Assembly (NCBI RefSeq): GCF_009914755.1
Contig: NC_060948.1
DNA: 64,000 bases
Origin: the human T2T-CHM13v2.0 reference genome, Homo sapiens
Reading direction: 5' to 3' (one strand)
A program made the translations under genes and the position numbers. Within the stretch, counting starts at the first letter, position 1, and every line of letters begins with the position of its first letter. The notes under the pieces are model-generated. The model searched no databases and was not told the origin of the DNA. It saw nothing but the letters and a program-made list of their open reading frames with translations. This document shows, one piece after another, positions 1 to 18,049 of the stretch.

Positions 1-1112
<1,112 letters not shown>

Positions 1113-1685
1113 AGATCCATATTTTTTAAATGAAAAAAAATTTCAAAGGTACTCTGCTTGGTACAATAATCAAATGTATAAACTGAGGAATAAAACATAA
1201 CCATGAAACCTACTTATAACTGCATATGGAAAATACAGAGGATAATTTTTTAAATAACATATTTTGAAAGCCTTAACTAGTAATTTGAAGAGCTGGCATT
1301 TGAAAGGCCAGTATGAATATACCTTCAAAGCAGCAACACAGGTTCCCCATGAGAAAAAGCAAACACAGGGAAAATAAAAACACAAAGGTTCAATCTCTTC
1401 TGACCTTTGAAAGACACAGCACAGACAGTGATCCTTAGGACGAAGAGCAGGAGACCCCTAATTCCGTCACCATGGCGATAGGGCATAAACATTGCTGGGT
1501 GAGGGCACAATCCACATTGTGAGGTGCAACTGCTGCCAGGAAGACAGGAGTGCTTTTACATAGACCGAAAGGTCATTGAAGGCTCAGAGTTTTGTTTCAA
1601 GAACTGAATCCCAAGCCCACACGTTATTAGGCTGCGCTTCTTAAAACAAGTTATGAGATGGGAAAAAGTGCACCCACAAACATAC
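1113..1685. repeat. HSATI-like segment of the DYZ2 unit (representative copy; follows every Alu copy, ~570 bp each)
   Basis: Non-Alu, mixed-composition block between the Alu 5' end (tgagcca, 1112) and the start of the AT-rich tract (catacgtata, ~1681). Name is assigned from the known DYZ2 architecture, not from an alignment. Boundaries are approximate. Confidence 0.75.
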
Positions 1686-3240
1686 GTATACATTATGTAT
1701 ATAATAATATACAGTATCATATATACAATATATAAAACCTATGTATAATATTGTTTTACATCCTGCATCTTATGTTATATATATTGTATAAAATATAATA
1801 ATTGATAATATATAAGTTTTATAATTATACAATATGACATATAGTATATATTATAATTTATGACATATATAATATATGTTATATGTCATATATAGAATAT
1901 ATTATACGGTTAATATACGTATTAAATATAAATTATACATTATATATATTATATATAATATATCTGTTATATATAATACCCATTATGCATAATATATATA
2001 TTATGTCTATGTTATATATAGTATAAAACAACATATAATAATATATAATTGTATATATAAAATGCGACATATAATATATATTATATTTTATAACATATGC
2101 AATATATATTATATATTATATATAATACGTTGTATGTATAATACCTATATTAAATATATATTATATGACTATGTTATTAATTACATGTCACATGTGTTAT
2201 ATATTATATATTTTACATAGAATATACCGGTTACATACAATATATACTATGTTACCTATAATGTATAATTTATTACATGTAAAATAAAGAATGCAATATA
2301 TTATGTAAAATTTATAATATACCATATGTGGAATGTGATATATATAACATATAATATATGATATATGATGTACAGTATATGATATATAACATACAATATA
2401 TGATTCCTAATATATATGGTATACAATATATATTTTATGATATGTATTCTATATGTTTTATATTCTGTTATATATAACTATTTGAAATTATATATAACTG
2501 TATAATATTTTATGTAAATATGTAATATAATATATATAACTATATAATATATTATATATAACTATATATTATGTTATATATACTTTTATAACATAATTTA
2601 CATAAAATATCATAATATAATATATATTATATTATTTCATATTACATAATATATATTACATATCACCCAATATAACTAACATACATAATATTATAATATA
2701 GATTATATTATGTTATATTAAATATCATATATATCATGTATCATATATTCTATAATATATATTACACATTATATAATATGTATTTTGTCTATTATGTGAT
2801 ATATATAACTATATATATAATTATATTTTTATACATATAACTAATTAAACATGTAATTCTACATATTTTCATTTATAATATGTAGAATTATATAATCATA
2901 TATAATTATTTATATTCTATAAAAAATTTTATCATTATATAAATTATAATATATAAAAATTATAATATGTACTACAAATATATATATTATATATCATATA
3001 TGATATAGTACTATTGTTATATTTCATAATACATATAAATGTGTATTATGTTATCTATAATTATATAATTTCATATATAAGATGTATAATATGTATCATA
3101 AATTATATATGTTATGTAATATATATAGTATATATAAGATGACACAGGATAAATATTATATACTATGACATATAAAATATATGAGGTTATATGTTACATA
3201 TAAGGCATAGCACATAACATGTAATATATATCATATATAA
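1686..3240. repeat. AT-rich low-complexity tract of the DYZ2 unit (representative copy, ~1.55 kb; present in every unit)
   Basis: Degenerate TA/TAA/TATG/CATA motifs with very few G/C, directly abutting the Alu poly-T at 3241. Confidence 0.95.
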
Positions 3241-3532
3241 TTTTTTTTTAGACAGAATCTTGTCCTGTTGCACAGGGTGGGGTACAATGGCGCCATCTTT
3301 GCTCACTGCAATTTCTGCCTCACGGGTCCAAGCGATTGTCCTCCCTCAGCCTCCCAGGTAGCTGGGACTACACCACACTGGGACTACACCAGCTGCCACC
3401 ATGCCTAGCTAATTTTTTGGATTTTTAGTAGTGACAGCGTTTCACTGTATTGGCCAGGATGGTCTTGATCTCTTCACCTTGTGATCCCCTTGCCTTGGCC
3501 TCCAAATTTGCTGGGATTACAGGCCTGAGCCA
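3241..3532 (-). mobile_element. Alu in DYZ2 unit, copy 2
   Basis: Near-identical to 821-1112. Confidence 0.93.
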
Positions 3533-5637
3533 AGATCCATATTTTTTAAATGAAAAAAAATTTCAAAGGTACTCTGCTTGGTACAATAATCAAATGTATA
3601 AACTGAGGAATAAAACATAACCATGAAACCTACTTATAACTGCATATGGAAAATACAGAGGATAATTTTTTAAATAACATATTTTGAAAGCCTTAACTAG
3701 TAATTTGAAGAGTTGGCATTTGAAAGGCCAGTATGAATATACCTTCAAAGCAGCAACACAGGTTCCCCATGAGAAAAAGCAAACACAGGGAAAATAAAAA
3801 CACAAAGGTTCAATCTCTTCTGACCTTTGAAAGACACAGCACAGACAGTGGTCCTTAGGACGAAGAGCAGGAGACCCCTAATTCCGTCACCATGGCGATA
3901 GGGCATAAACATTGCTGGGTGAGGGCACAATCCACATTGTGAGGTCCAACTGCTGCCAGGAAGACAGGAGTGCTTTTACATAGACCGAAAGGTCATTGAA
4001 GGCTCAGAGTTTTGTTTCAAGAACTGAATCCCAAGCCCACACGTTATTAGGCTGCGCTTCTTAAAACAAGTTATGAGATGGGAAAAAGGGCACCCACAAA
4101 CATACGTATACATTATGTATATAATAATATACAGTATCATATATATAATATATATAACCTATGTATAATATTGTTTTACATCCTGCATCTTATGTTATAT
4201 ATATTGTATAAAATATAATAATTGATAATATATAAGTTTTATAATTATACAATATGACATATAGTATATATTATAATTTATGACATATATAATATATGTT
4301 ATATGTCATATATAGAATATATTATACGGTTAATATACGTATTAAATATAAATTATACATTATATATATTATATATAATATATCTGTTATATATAATACC
4401 CATTATGCATAATATATATATTATGTCTATGTTATATATAGTATAAAACAACATATAATAATATATAATTGTATATATAAAATGCGACATATAATATATA
4501 TTATATTTTATTACATATGTAATATATATTTTATATTATATATAATACGTTGTATGTATAATACCTATATTAAATATATATTATATGACTATGTTATTAA
4601 TTACATGTCACATGTGTTATATATTATATATTTTACATAGAATATACCGGTTACATACAATATATACTATGTTACCTATAATGTATAATTTATTACATGT
4701 AAAATAAAGAATGCAATATATTATATAAAATTTATAATATACCATATGTGGAATGTGATATATATAACATATAATATATGATATATGATGTACAGTATAT
4801 GATATATAACATACAATATATGATTCCTAATATATATGGTATACAATATATATTTTATGATATGTATTCTATATGTTTTATATTCTGTTATATATAACTA
4901 TTTGAAATTATATATAACTGTATAATATTTTATGTAAATATGTAATATAATATATATAACTATATAATATATTACATATAACTATATATTATGTTATATA
5001 TACTTTTATAACATAATTTACATAAAATATCATAATATAATATATATTATATTATTTCATATTACATAATATATATTACATATCACCCAATATAACCAAC
5101 ATACATAATATTATAATATAGATTATATTATGTTATATTAAATATCATATATATCATGTATCATGTATTCTATAATATATATTACACATTATATAATATG
5201 TATGTTGTCTATTATGTGATATATATAACTATATATATAATTATATTTTTATACATATAACTAATTAAACATGTAATTCTACATATTTTCATTTATAATA
5301 TGTAGAATTATATAATCATATATAATTATTTATATTCTATAAAAAATTTTATCATTATATAAATTATAATATATAAAAATTATAATATGTACTACAAATA
5401 TATATATTATATATCATATATGATATAGTACCTTTGTTATATATCATAATACATATAAATGTGTATTATGTTATCTATAATTATATAATTTCATATATAA
5501 GATGTATTATATGTATCATATATTATATATGTTATGTAATATATATAGTATATATAAGATGACACAGGATAAATATTATATACTACGACATATAAAATAT
5601 ATCAGGTTATATGTTACATATAAGGCATAGCACATAA

Positions 5638-5952
<315 letters not shown>

Positions 5953-8056
5953 AGATCCATATTTTTTAAATGAAAAAAAATTTCAAAGGTACTCTGCTTG
6001 GTACAATAATCAAATGTATAAACTGAGGAATAAAACATAACCATGAAACCTACTTATAACTGCATATGGAAAATACAGAGGATAATTTTTTAAATAACAT
6101 ATTTTGAAAGCCTTAACTAGTAATTTGAAGAGCTGGCATTTGAAAGGCCAGTATGAATATACCTTCAAAGCAGCAACACAGGTTCCCCATGAGAAAAAGC
6201 AAACACAGGGAAAATAAAAACACAAAGGTTCAATCTCTTCTGACCTTTGAAAGACACAGCACAGACAGTGGTCCTTAGGACGAAGAGCAGGAGACCCCTA
6301 ATTCCGTCACCATGGCGATAGGGCATAAACATTGCTGGGTGAGGGCACAATCCACATTGTGAGGTCCAACTGCTGCCAGGAAGACAGGAGTGCTTTTACA
6401 TAGACCGAAAGGTCATTGAAGGCTCAGAGTTTTGTTTCAAGAACTGAATCCCAAGCCCACACGTTATTAGGCTGCGCTTCTTAAAACAAGTTATGAGATG
6501 GGAAAAAGGGCACCCACAAACATACGTATACATTATGTATATAATAATATACAGTATCATATATATAATATATATAACCTATGTATAATATTGTTTTACA
6601 TCCTGCATCTTATGTTATATATATTGTATAAAATATAATAATTGATAATATATAAGTTTATATTTATACAATATGACATATAGTATATATTATCATTTAT
6701 GACATATATAATATATGTTATATGTCATATATAGAATATATTATACGGTTAATATACGTATTAAATATAAATTATACATTATATATATTATATATAATAT
6801 ATCTGTTATATATAATACCCATTATGCATAATATATATATTATGTCTATGTTATATATAGTATAAAACAACATATAATAATATATAATTGTATATATAAA
6901 ATGCGACATATAATATATATTATATTTTATAACATATGTAATATATATTATAGATTATATATAATACGTTGTATGTATAATACCTATATTAAATATATAT
7001 TATATGACTATGTTATTAATTACATGTCACATGTGTTATATATTATATATTTTACATAGAATATACCGGTTACATACAATATATACTATGTTACCTATAA
7101 TGTATAATTTATTACATGTAAAATAAAGAATGCAATATATTATGTAAAATTTATAATATACCATATGTGGAATGTGATATATATAACATATAATATATGA
7201 TATATGATGTACAGTATATGATATATAACATACAATATATGATTCCTAATATATATGGTATACAATATATATTTTATGATATGTATTCTATATGTTTTAT
7301 ATTCTGTTATATATAACTATTTGAAATTATATATAACTGTATAATATTTTATGTAAATATGTAATATAATATATATAACTATATAATATATTATATATAA
7401 CTATATATTATGTTATATATACTTTTATAACATAATTTACATAAAATATCATAATATAATATATATTATATTATTTCATATTACATAATATATATTACAT
7501 ATCACCCAATATAACTAACATAGATAATATTATAATATAGATTATATTGTGTTATATTAAATATCATATATATCATGTATCATATATTCTATAATATATA
7601 TTACACATTATATAATATGTATGTTGTCTATTATGTGATATATATAACTATATATATAATTATATTTTTATACATATAACTAATTAAACATGTAATTCTA
7701 CATATTTTCATTTATAATATGTAGAATTATATAATCATATATAATTATTTATATTCTATAAAAAATTTTATCATTATATAAATTATAATATATAAAAATT
7801 ATAATATGTACTACAAATATATATATTATATATCATATATGATATAGTACCTTTGTTATATATCATAATACATATAAATGTGTATTATGTTATCTATAAT
7901 TATATAATTTCATATATAAGATGTATTATATGTATCATATATTATATATGTTATGTAATATATATAGTATATATAAGATGACACAGGATAAATATTATAT
8001 ACTACGACATATAAAATATATCAGGTTATATGTTACATATAAGGCATAGCACATAA

Positions 8057-8371
<315 letters not shown>

Positions 8372-10475
8372 AGATCCATATTTTTTAAATGAAAAAAAAT
8401 TTCAAAGGTACTCTGCTTGGTACAATAATCAAATGTATAAACTGAGGAATAAAACATAACCATGAAACCTACTTATAACTGCATATGGAAAATACAGAGG
8501 ATAATTTTTTAAATAACATATTTTGAAAGCCTTAACTAGTAATTTGAAGAGCTGGCATTTGAAAGGCCAGTATGAATATACCTTCAAAGCAGCAACACAG
8601 GTTCCCCATGAGAAAAAGCAAACACAGGGAAAATAAAAACACAAAGGTTCAATCTCTTCTGACCTTTGAAAGACACAGCACAGACAGTGGTCCTTAGGAC
8701 GAAGAGCAGGAGACCCCTAATTCCGTCACCATGGCGATAGGGCATAAACATTGCTGGGTGAGGGCACAATCCACATTGTGAGGTCCAACTGCTGCCAGGA
8801 AGACAGGAGTGCTTTTACATAGACCGAAAGGTCATTGAAGGCTCAGAGTTTTGTTTCAAGAACTGAATCCCAAGCCCACACGTTATTAGGCTGCGCTTCT
8901 TAAAACAAGTTATGAGATGGGAAAAAGGGCACCCACAAACATACGTATACATTATGTATATAATAATATACAGTATCATATATATAATATATATAACCTA
9001 TGTATAATATTGTTTTACATCCTGCATCTTATGTTATATATATTGTATAAAATATAATAATTGATAATATATAAGTTTATATTTATACAATATGACATAG
9101 AGTATATATTATCATTTATGACATATATAATATATGTTATATGTCATATATAGAATATATTATACGGTTAATATACGTATTAAATATAAATTATACATTA
9201 TATATATTATATATAATATATCTGTTATATATAATACCCATTATGCATAATATATATATTATGTCTATGTTATATATAGTATAAAACAACATATAATAAT
9301 ATATAATTGTATATATAAAATGCGACATATAATATATATTATATTTTATAACATATGTAATATATATTATAGATTATATATAATACGTTGTATGTATAAT
9401 ACCTATATTAAATATATATTATATGACTATGTTATTAATTACATGTCACATGTGTTATATATTATATATTTTACATAGAATATACCGGTTACATACAATA
9501 TATACTATGTTACCTATAATGTATAATTTATTACATGTAAAATAAAGAATGCAATATATTATATAAAATTTATAATATACCATATGTGGAATGTGATATA
9601 TATAACATATAATATATGATATATGATGTACAGTATATGATATATAACATACAATATATGATTCCTAATATATATGGTATACAATATATATTTTATGATA
9701 TGTATTCTATATGTTTTATATTCTGTTATATATAACTATTTGAAATTATATATAACTGTATAATATTTTATGTAAATATGTAATATAATATATATAACTA
9801 TATAATATATTACATATAACTATATATTATGTTATATATACTTTTATAACATAATTTACATGAAATATCATAATATAATATATATTATATTATTTCATAT
9901 TACATAATATATATTACATATCACCCAATATAACCAACATACATAATATTATAATATAGATTATATTATGTTATATTAAATATCATATATATCATGTATC
10001 ATATATTCTATAATATATATTACACATTATATAATATGTATGTTGTCTATTATGTGATATATATAACTATATATATAATTATATTTTTATACATATAACT
10101 AATTAAACATGTAATTCTACATATTTTCATTTATAATATGTAGAATTATATAATCATATATAATTATTTATATTCTATAAAAAATTTTATCATTATATAA
10201 ATTATAATATATAAAAATTATAATATGTACTACAAATATATATATTATATATCATATATGATATAGTACCTTTGTTATATATCATAATACATATAAATGT
10301 GTATTATGTTATCTATAATTATATAATTTCATATATAAGATGTATTATATGTATCATATATTATATATGTTATGTAATATATATAGTATATATAAGATGA
10401 CACAGGATAAATATTATATACTACGACATATAAAATATATCAGGTTATATGTTACATATAAGGCATAGCACATAA

Positions 10476-10790
<315 letters not shown>

Positions 10791-12895
10791 AGATCCATAT
10801 TTTTTAAATGAAAAAAAATTTCAAAGGTACTCTGCTTGGTACAATAATCAAATGTATAAACTGAGGAATAAAACATAACCATGAAACCTACTTATAACTG
10901 CATATGGAAAATACAGAGGATAATTTTTTAAATAACATATTTTGAAAGCCTTAACTAGTAATTTGAAGAGCTGGCATTTGAAAGGCCAGTATGAATATAC
11001 CTTCAAAGCAGCAACACAGGTTCCCCATGAGAAAAAGCAAACACAGGGAAAATAAAAACACAAAGGTTCAATCTCTTCTGACCTTTGAAAGACACAGCAC
11101 AGACAGTGGTCCTTAGGACGAAGAGCAGGAGACCCCTAATTCCGTCACCATGGCGATAGGGCATAAACATTGCTGGGTGAGGGCACAATCCACATTGTGA
11201 GGTGCAACTGCTGCCAGGAAGACAGGAGTGCTTTTACATAGACCGAAAGGTCATTGAAGGCTCAGAGTTTTGTTTCAAGAACTGAATCCCAAGCCCACAC
11301 GTTATTAGGCTGCGCTTCTTAAAACAAGTTATGAGATGGGAAAAAGGGCACCCACAAACATACGTATACATTATGTATATAATAATATACAGTATCATAT
11401 ATATAATATATATAACCTATGTATAATATTGTTTTACATCCTGCATCTTATGTTATATATATTGTATAAAATATAATAATTGATAATATATAAGTTTTAT
11501 AATTATACAATATGACATATAGTATATATTATAATTTATGACATATATAATATATGTTATATGTCATATATAGAATATATTATACGGTTAATATACGTAT
11601 TAAATATAAATTATACATTATATATATTATATATAATATATCTGTTATATATAATACCCATTATGCATAATATATATATTATGTCTATGTTATATATAGT
11701 ATAAAACAACATATAATAATATATAATTGTATATATAAAATGCGACATATAATATATATTATATTTTATTACATATGTAATATATATTATATATTATATA
11801 TAATACGTTGTATGTATAATACCTATATTAAATATATATTATATGACTATGTTATTAATTACATGTCACATGTGTTATATATTATATATTTTACATAGAA
11901 TATACCGGTTACATACAATATATACTATGTTACCTATAATGTATAATTTATTACATGTAAAATAAAGAATGCAATATATTATATAAAATTTATAATATAC
12001 CATATGTGGAATGTGATATATATAACATATAATATATGATATATGATGTACAGTATATGATATATAACATACAATATATGATTCCTAATATATATGGTAT
12101 ACAATATATATTTTATGATATGTATTCTATATGTTTTATATTCTGTTATATATAACTATTTGAAATTATATATAACTGTATAATATTTTATGTAAATATG
12201 TAATATAATATATATAACTATATAATATATTACATATAACTATATATTATGTTATATATACTTTTATAACATAATTTACATGAAATACCATAATATAATA
12301 TATATTATATTATTTCATATTACATAATATATATTACATATCACCCAATATAACCAACATACATAATATTATAATATAGATTATATTATGTTATATTAAA
12401 TATCATATATATCATGTATCATATATTCTATAATATATATTACACATTATATAATATGTATGTTGTCTATTATGTGATATATATAACTATATATATAATT
12501 ATATTTTTATACATATAACTAATTAAACATGTAATTCTACATATTTTCATTTATAATATGTAGAATTATATAATCATATATAATTATTTATATTCTATAA
12601 AAAATTTTATCATTATATAAATTATAATATATAAAAATTATAATATGTACTACAAATATATATATTATATATCATATATGATATAGTACCTTTGTTATAT
12701 ATCATAATACATATAAATGTGTATTATGTTATCTATAATTATATAATTTCATATATAAGATGTATTATATGTATCATATATTATATATGTTATGTAATAT
12801 ATATAGTATATATAAGATGACACAGGATAAATATTATATACTACGACATATAAAATATATCAGGTTATATGTTACATATAAGGCATAGCACATAA

Positions 12896-13210
<315 letters not shown>

Positions 13211-15314
13211 AGATCCATATTTTTTAAATGAAAAAAAATTTCAAAGGTACTCTGCTTGGTACAATAATCAAATGTATAAACTGAGGAATAAAACATAACC
13301 ATGAAACCTACTTATAACTGCATATGGAAAATACAGAGGATAATTTTTTAAATAACATATTTTGAAAGCCTTAACTAGTAATTTGAAGAGCTGGCATTTG
13401 AAAGGCCAGTATGAATATACCTTCAAAGCAGCAACACAGGTTCCCCATGAGAAAAAGCAAACACAGGGAAAATAAAAACACAAAGGTTCAATCTCTTCTG
13501 ACCTTTGAAAGACACAGCACAGACAGTGGTCCTTAGGACGAAGAGCAGGAGACCCCTAATTCCGTCACCATGGCGATAGGGCATAAACATTGCTGGGTGA
13601 GGGCACAATCCACATTGTGAGGTCCAACTGCTGCCAGGAAGACAGGAGTGCTTTTACATAGACCGAAAGGTCATTGAAGGCTCAGAGTTTTGTTTCAAGA
13701 ACTGAATCCCAAGCCCACACGTTATTAGGCTGCGCTTCTTAAAACAAGTTATGAGATGGGAAAAAGGGCACCCACAAACATACGTATACATTATGTATAT
13801 AATAATATACAGTATCATATATATAATATATATAACCTATGTATAATATTGTTTTACATCCTGCATCTTATGTTATATATATTGTATAAAATATAATAAT
13901 TGATAATATATAAGTTTATATTTATACAATATGACATATAGTATATATTATAATTTATGACATATATAATATATGTTATATGTCATATATAGAATATATT
14001 ATACGGTTAATATACGTATTAAATATAAATTATACATTATATATATTATATATAATATATCTGTTATATATAATACCCATTATGCATAATATATATATTA
14101 TGTCTATGTTATATATAGTATAAAACAACATATAATAATATATAATTGTATATATAAAATGCGACATATAATATATATTATATTTTATTACATATGTAAT
14201 ATATATTATATATTATATATAATACGTTGTATGTATAATACCTATATTAAATATATATTATATGACTATGTTATTAATTACATGTCACATGTGTTATATA
14301 TTATATATTTTACATAGAATATACCGGTTACATACAATATATACTATGTTACCTATAATGTATAATTTATTACATGTAAAATAAAGAATGCAATATATTA
14401 TATAAAATTTATAATATACCATATGTGGAATGTGATATATATAACATATAGTATATGATATATGATGTACAGTATATGATATATAACATACAATATATGA
14501 TTCCTAATATATATGGTATACAATATATATTTTATGATATGTATTCTATATGTTTTATATTCTGTTATATATAACTATTTGAAATTATATATAACTGTAT
14601 AATATTTTATGTAAATATGTAATATAATATATATAACTATATAATATATTACATATAACTATATATTATGTTATATATACTTTTATAACATAATTTACAT
14701 GAAATATCATAATATAATATATATTATATTATTTCATATTACATAATATATATTACATATCACCCAATATAACCAACATACATAATATTATAATATAGAT
14801 TATATTATGTTATATTAAATATCATATATATCATGTATCATATATTCTATAATATATATTACACATTATATAATATGTATGTTGTCTATTATGTGATATA
14901 TATAACTATATATATAATTATATTTTTATACATATAACTAGATAAACATGTAATTCTACATATTTTCATTTATAATATGTAGAATTATATAATCATATAT
15001 AATTATTTATATTCTATAAAAAATTTTATCATTATATAAATTATAATATATAAAAATTATAATATGTACTACAAATATATATATTATATATCATATATGA
15101 TATAGTACCTTTGTTATATTTCATAATACATATAAATGTGTATTATGTTATCTATAATTATATAATTTCATATATAAGATGTATTATATGTATCATATAT
15201 TATATATGTTATGTAATATATATAGTATATATAAGATGACACAGGATAAATATTATATACTACGACATTTAAAATATATGAGGTTATATGTTACATATAA
15301 GGCATAGCACATAA

Positions 15315-15629
<315 letters not shown>

Positions 15630-17756
15630 AGATCCATATTTTTTAAATGAAAAAAAATTTCAAAGGTACTCTGCTTGGTACAATAATCAAATGTATAAAC
15701 TGAGGAATAAAACATAACCAGGAAACCTACTTATAACTGCATATGGAAAATACAGAGGATAATTTTTTAAATAACATATTTTGAAAGCCTTAACTAGTAA
15801 TTTGAAGAGCTGGCATTTGAAAGGCCAGTATGAATATACCTTCAAAGCAGCAACACAGGTTCCCCATGAGAAAAAGCAAACACAGGGAAAATAAAAACAC
15901 AAAGGTTCAATCACTTCTGACCTTTGAAAGACACAGCACAGACAGTGGTCCTTAGGACGAAGAGCAGGAGACCCCTAATTCCGTCACCATGGCGATAGGG
16001 CATAAACATTGCTGGGTGAGGGCACAATCCACATTGTGAGGTCCAACTGCTGCCAGGAAGACAGGAGTGCTTTTACATAGACCGAAAGGTCATTGAAGGC
16101 TCAGAGTTTTGTTTCAAGAACTGAATCCCAAGCCCACACGTTATTAGGCTGCGCTTCTTAAAACAAGTTATGAGATGGGAAAAAGGGCACCCACAAACAT
16201 ACGTATACATTATGTATATAATAATATACAGTATCATATATATAATATATATAACCTATGTATAATATTGTTTTACATCCTGCATCTTATGTTATATATA
16301 TTGTATAAAATATAATAATTGATAATATATAAGTTTATATTTATACAATATGACATATAGTATATATTATAATTTATGACATATATAATATATGTTATAT
16401 GTCATATATAGAATATATTATACGGTTAATATACGTATTAAATATAAATTATACATTATATATATTATATATAATATATCTGTTACATATAATACCCATT
16501 ATGCATAATATATATATTAGGTCTATGTTATATATAGTATAAAATAACATATAATAATATATAATTGTATATATAAAATGCGACATATAATATATATTAT
16601 ATTTTATAACATATGTAATATATATTATATATTATATATAATACGTTGTATGTATAATACCTATATTAAATATATATTATATGACTATGTTATTAATTAC
16701 ATGTCACATGTGTTATATATTATATATTTTACATAGAATATACCGGTTACATACAATATATACTATGTTACCTATAATGTATAATTTATTACATGTAAAA
16801 TAAAGAATGCAATATATTATGTATAATTTATAATATACAATATGTGGAATGTGATATATATAACATATAATATATGATATATGATATACAGTATATGATA
16901 TATTACATACAATATATGATTCCTAATATATATGGTATACAATATATATTTGATATTATGTATTCTATATGTTTTATATTCTGTTATATATAACTATTTG
17001 AAATTATATATAACTGTATAATATTTTATGTAAATATGTAATATAATATATATAACTATATAATATATTATATATAACTATATATTATGTTATATATACT
17101 TTTATAACATAATTTACATAAAATATCATAATATAATATATATTATATTATTTCATATTACATAATATATATTACATATCACCCAATATAACTAACATAC
17201 ATAATATTATAATATAGATTATATTGTGTTATATTAAATATCATATATATCATGTATCATATATTCTATAATATATATTACACATTATATAATATGTATG
17301 TTGTCTATTATGTGATATATATAACTATATATATAATTATATTTCTATACATATAACTAGATAAACTTGTAATTCTACATATTTTCATTTATAATATGTA
17401 GAATTATATAATCATATATAATTATTTATATTCTATAAAAAATTTTATCATTATATAAATTATAATATATAAAAATTATAATATGTACTACAAATATATA
17501 TATTATATATCATATATGATATAGTACCATTGTTATATTTCATAATACATATAAATGTGTATTATGTTATCTATAATTATATAATTTCATATATAAGATG
17601 TATAATATGTATCATAAATTATATATGTTATGTAATATATATAGTATATATAAGATGACACAGGATAAATATTATATACTATGACATATAAAATATATGA
17701 GGTTATATGTTACATATAAGGCATAGCACATAACATGTAATATATATCATATATAA

Positions 17757-18049
17757 TTTTTTTTTTAGACAGAATCTTGTCCTGTTGCACAGGGTGGGGT
17801 ACAATGGCGCCATCTTTGCTCACTGCAAATTCTGCCTCACGGGTCCAAGCGATTGTCCTCCCTCAGCCTCCCAGGTAGCTGGGACTACACCACACTGGGA
17901 CTACACCAGCTGCCACCATGCCTAGCTAATTTTTTGGATTTTTAGTAGTGACAGCGTTTCACTGTATTGGCCAGGATGGTCTTGATCTCTTCACCTTGTG
18001 ATCCCCTTGCCTTGGCCTCTAAATTTGCTGGGATTACAGGCCTGAGCCA
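17757..18049 (-). mobile_element. Alu in DYZ2 unit, copy 8 (T10 tail variant)
   Basis: Near-identical to 821-1112; T10 and ctgcaaattc variants. Confidence 0.93.

Noticed and set aside
1170-1385. Recurrent 71-aa minus-strand ORF (MCFYFPCV...)
   Set aside because: The start is not ATG, there is no recognisable domain, and the F/Y/C/L-rich composition reflects the A-rich opposite strand. Conservation simply mirrors unit identity, and variants include missense and stop-loss (37438).
1325-1510. Recurrent 61-aa minus-strand ORF (MCPHPAMF...)
   Set aside because: Short, non-ATG start, no recognisable family, and disrupted in units 7 and 12 by the 15913/28011 change.
1686-3240. Numerous TATA-box and AATAAA-like motifs
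   Set aside because: Expected by chance in TA-rich low-complexity sequence, with no associated gene structure.
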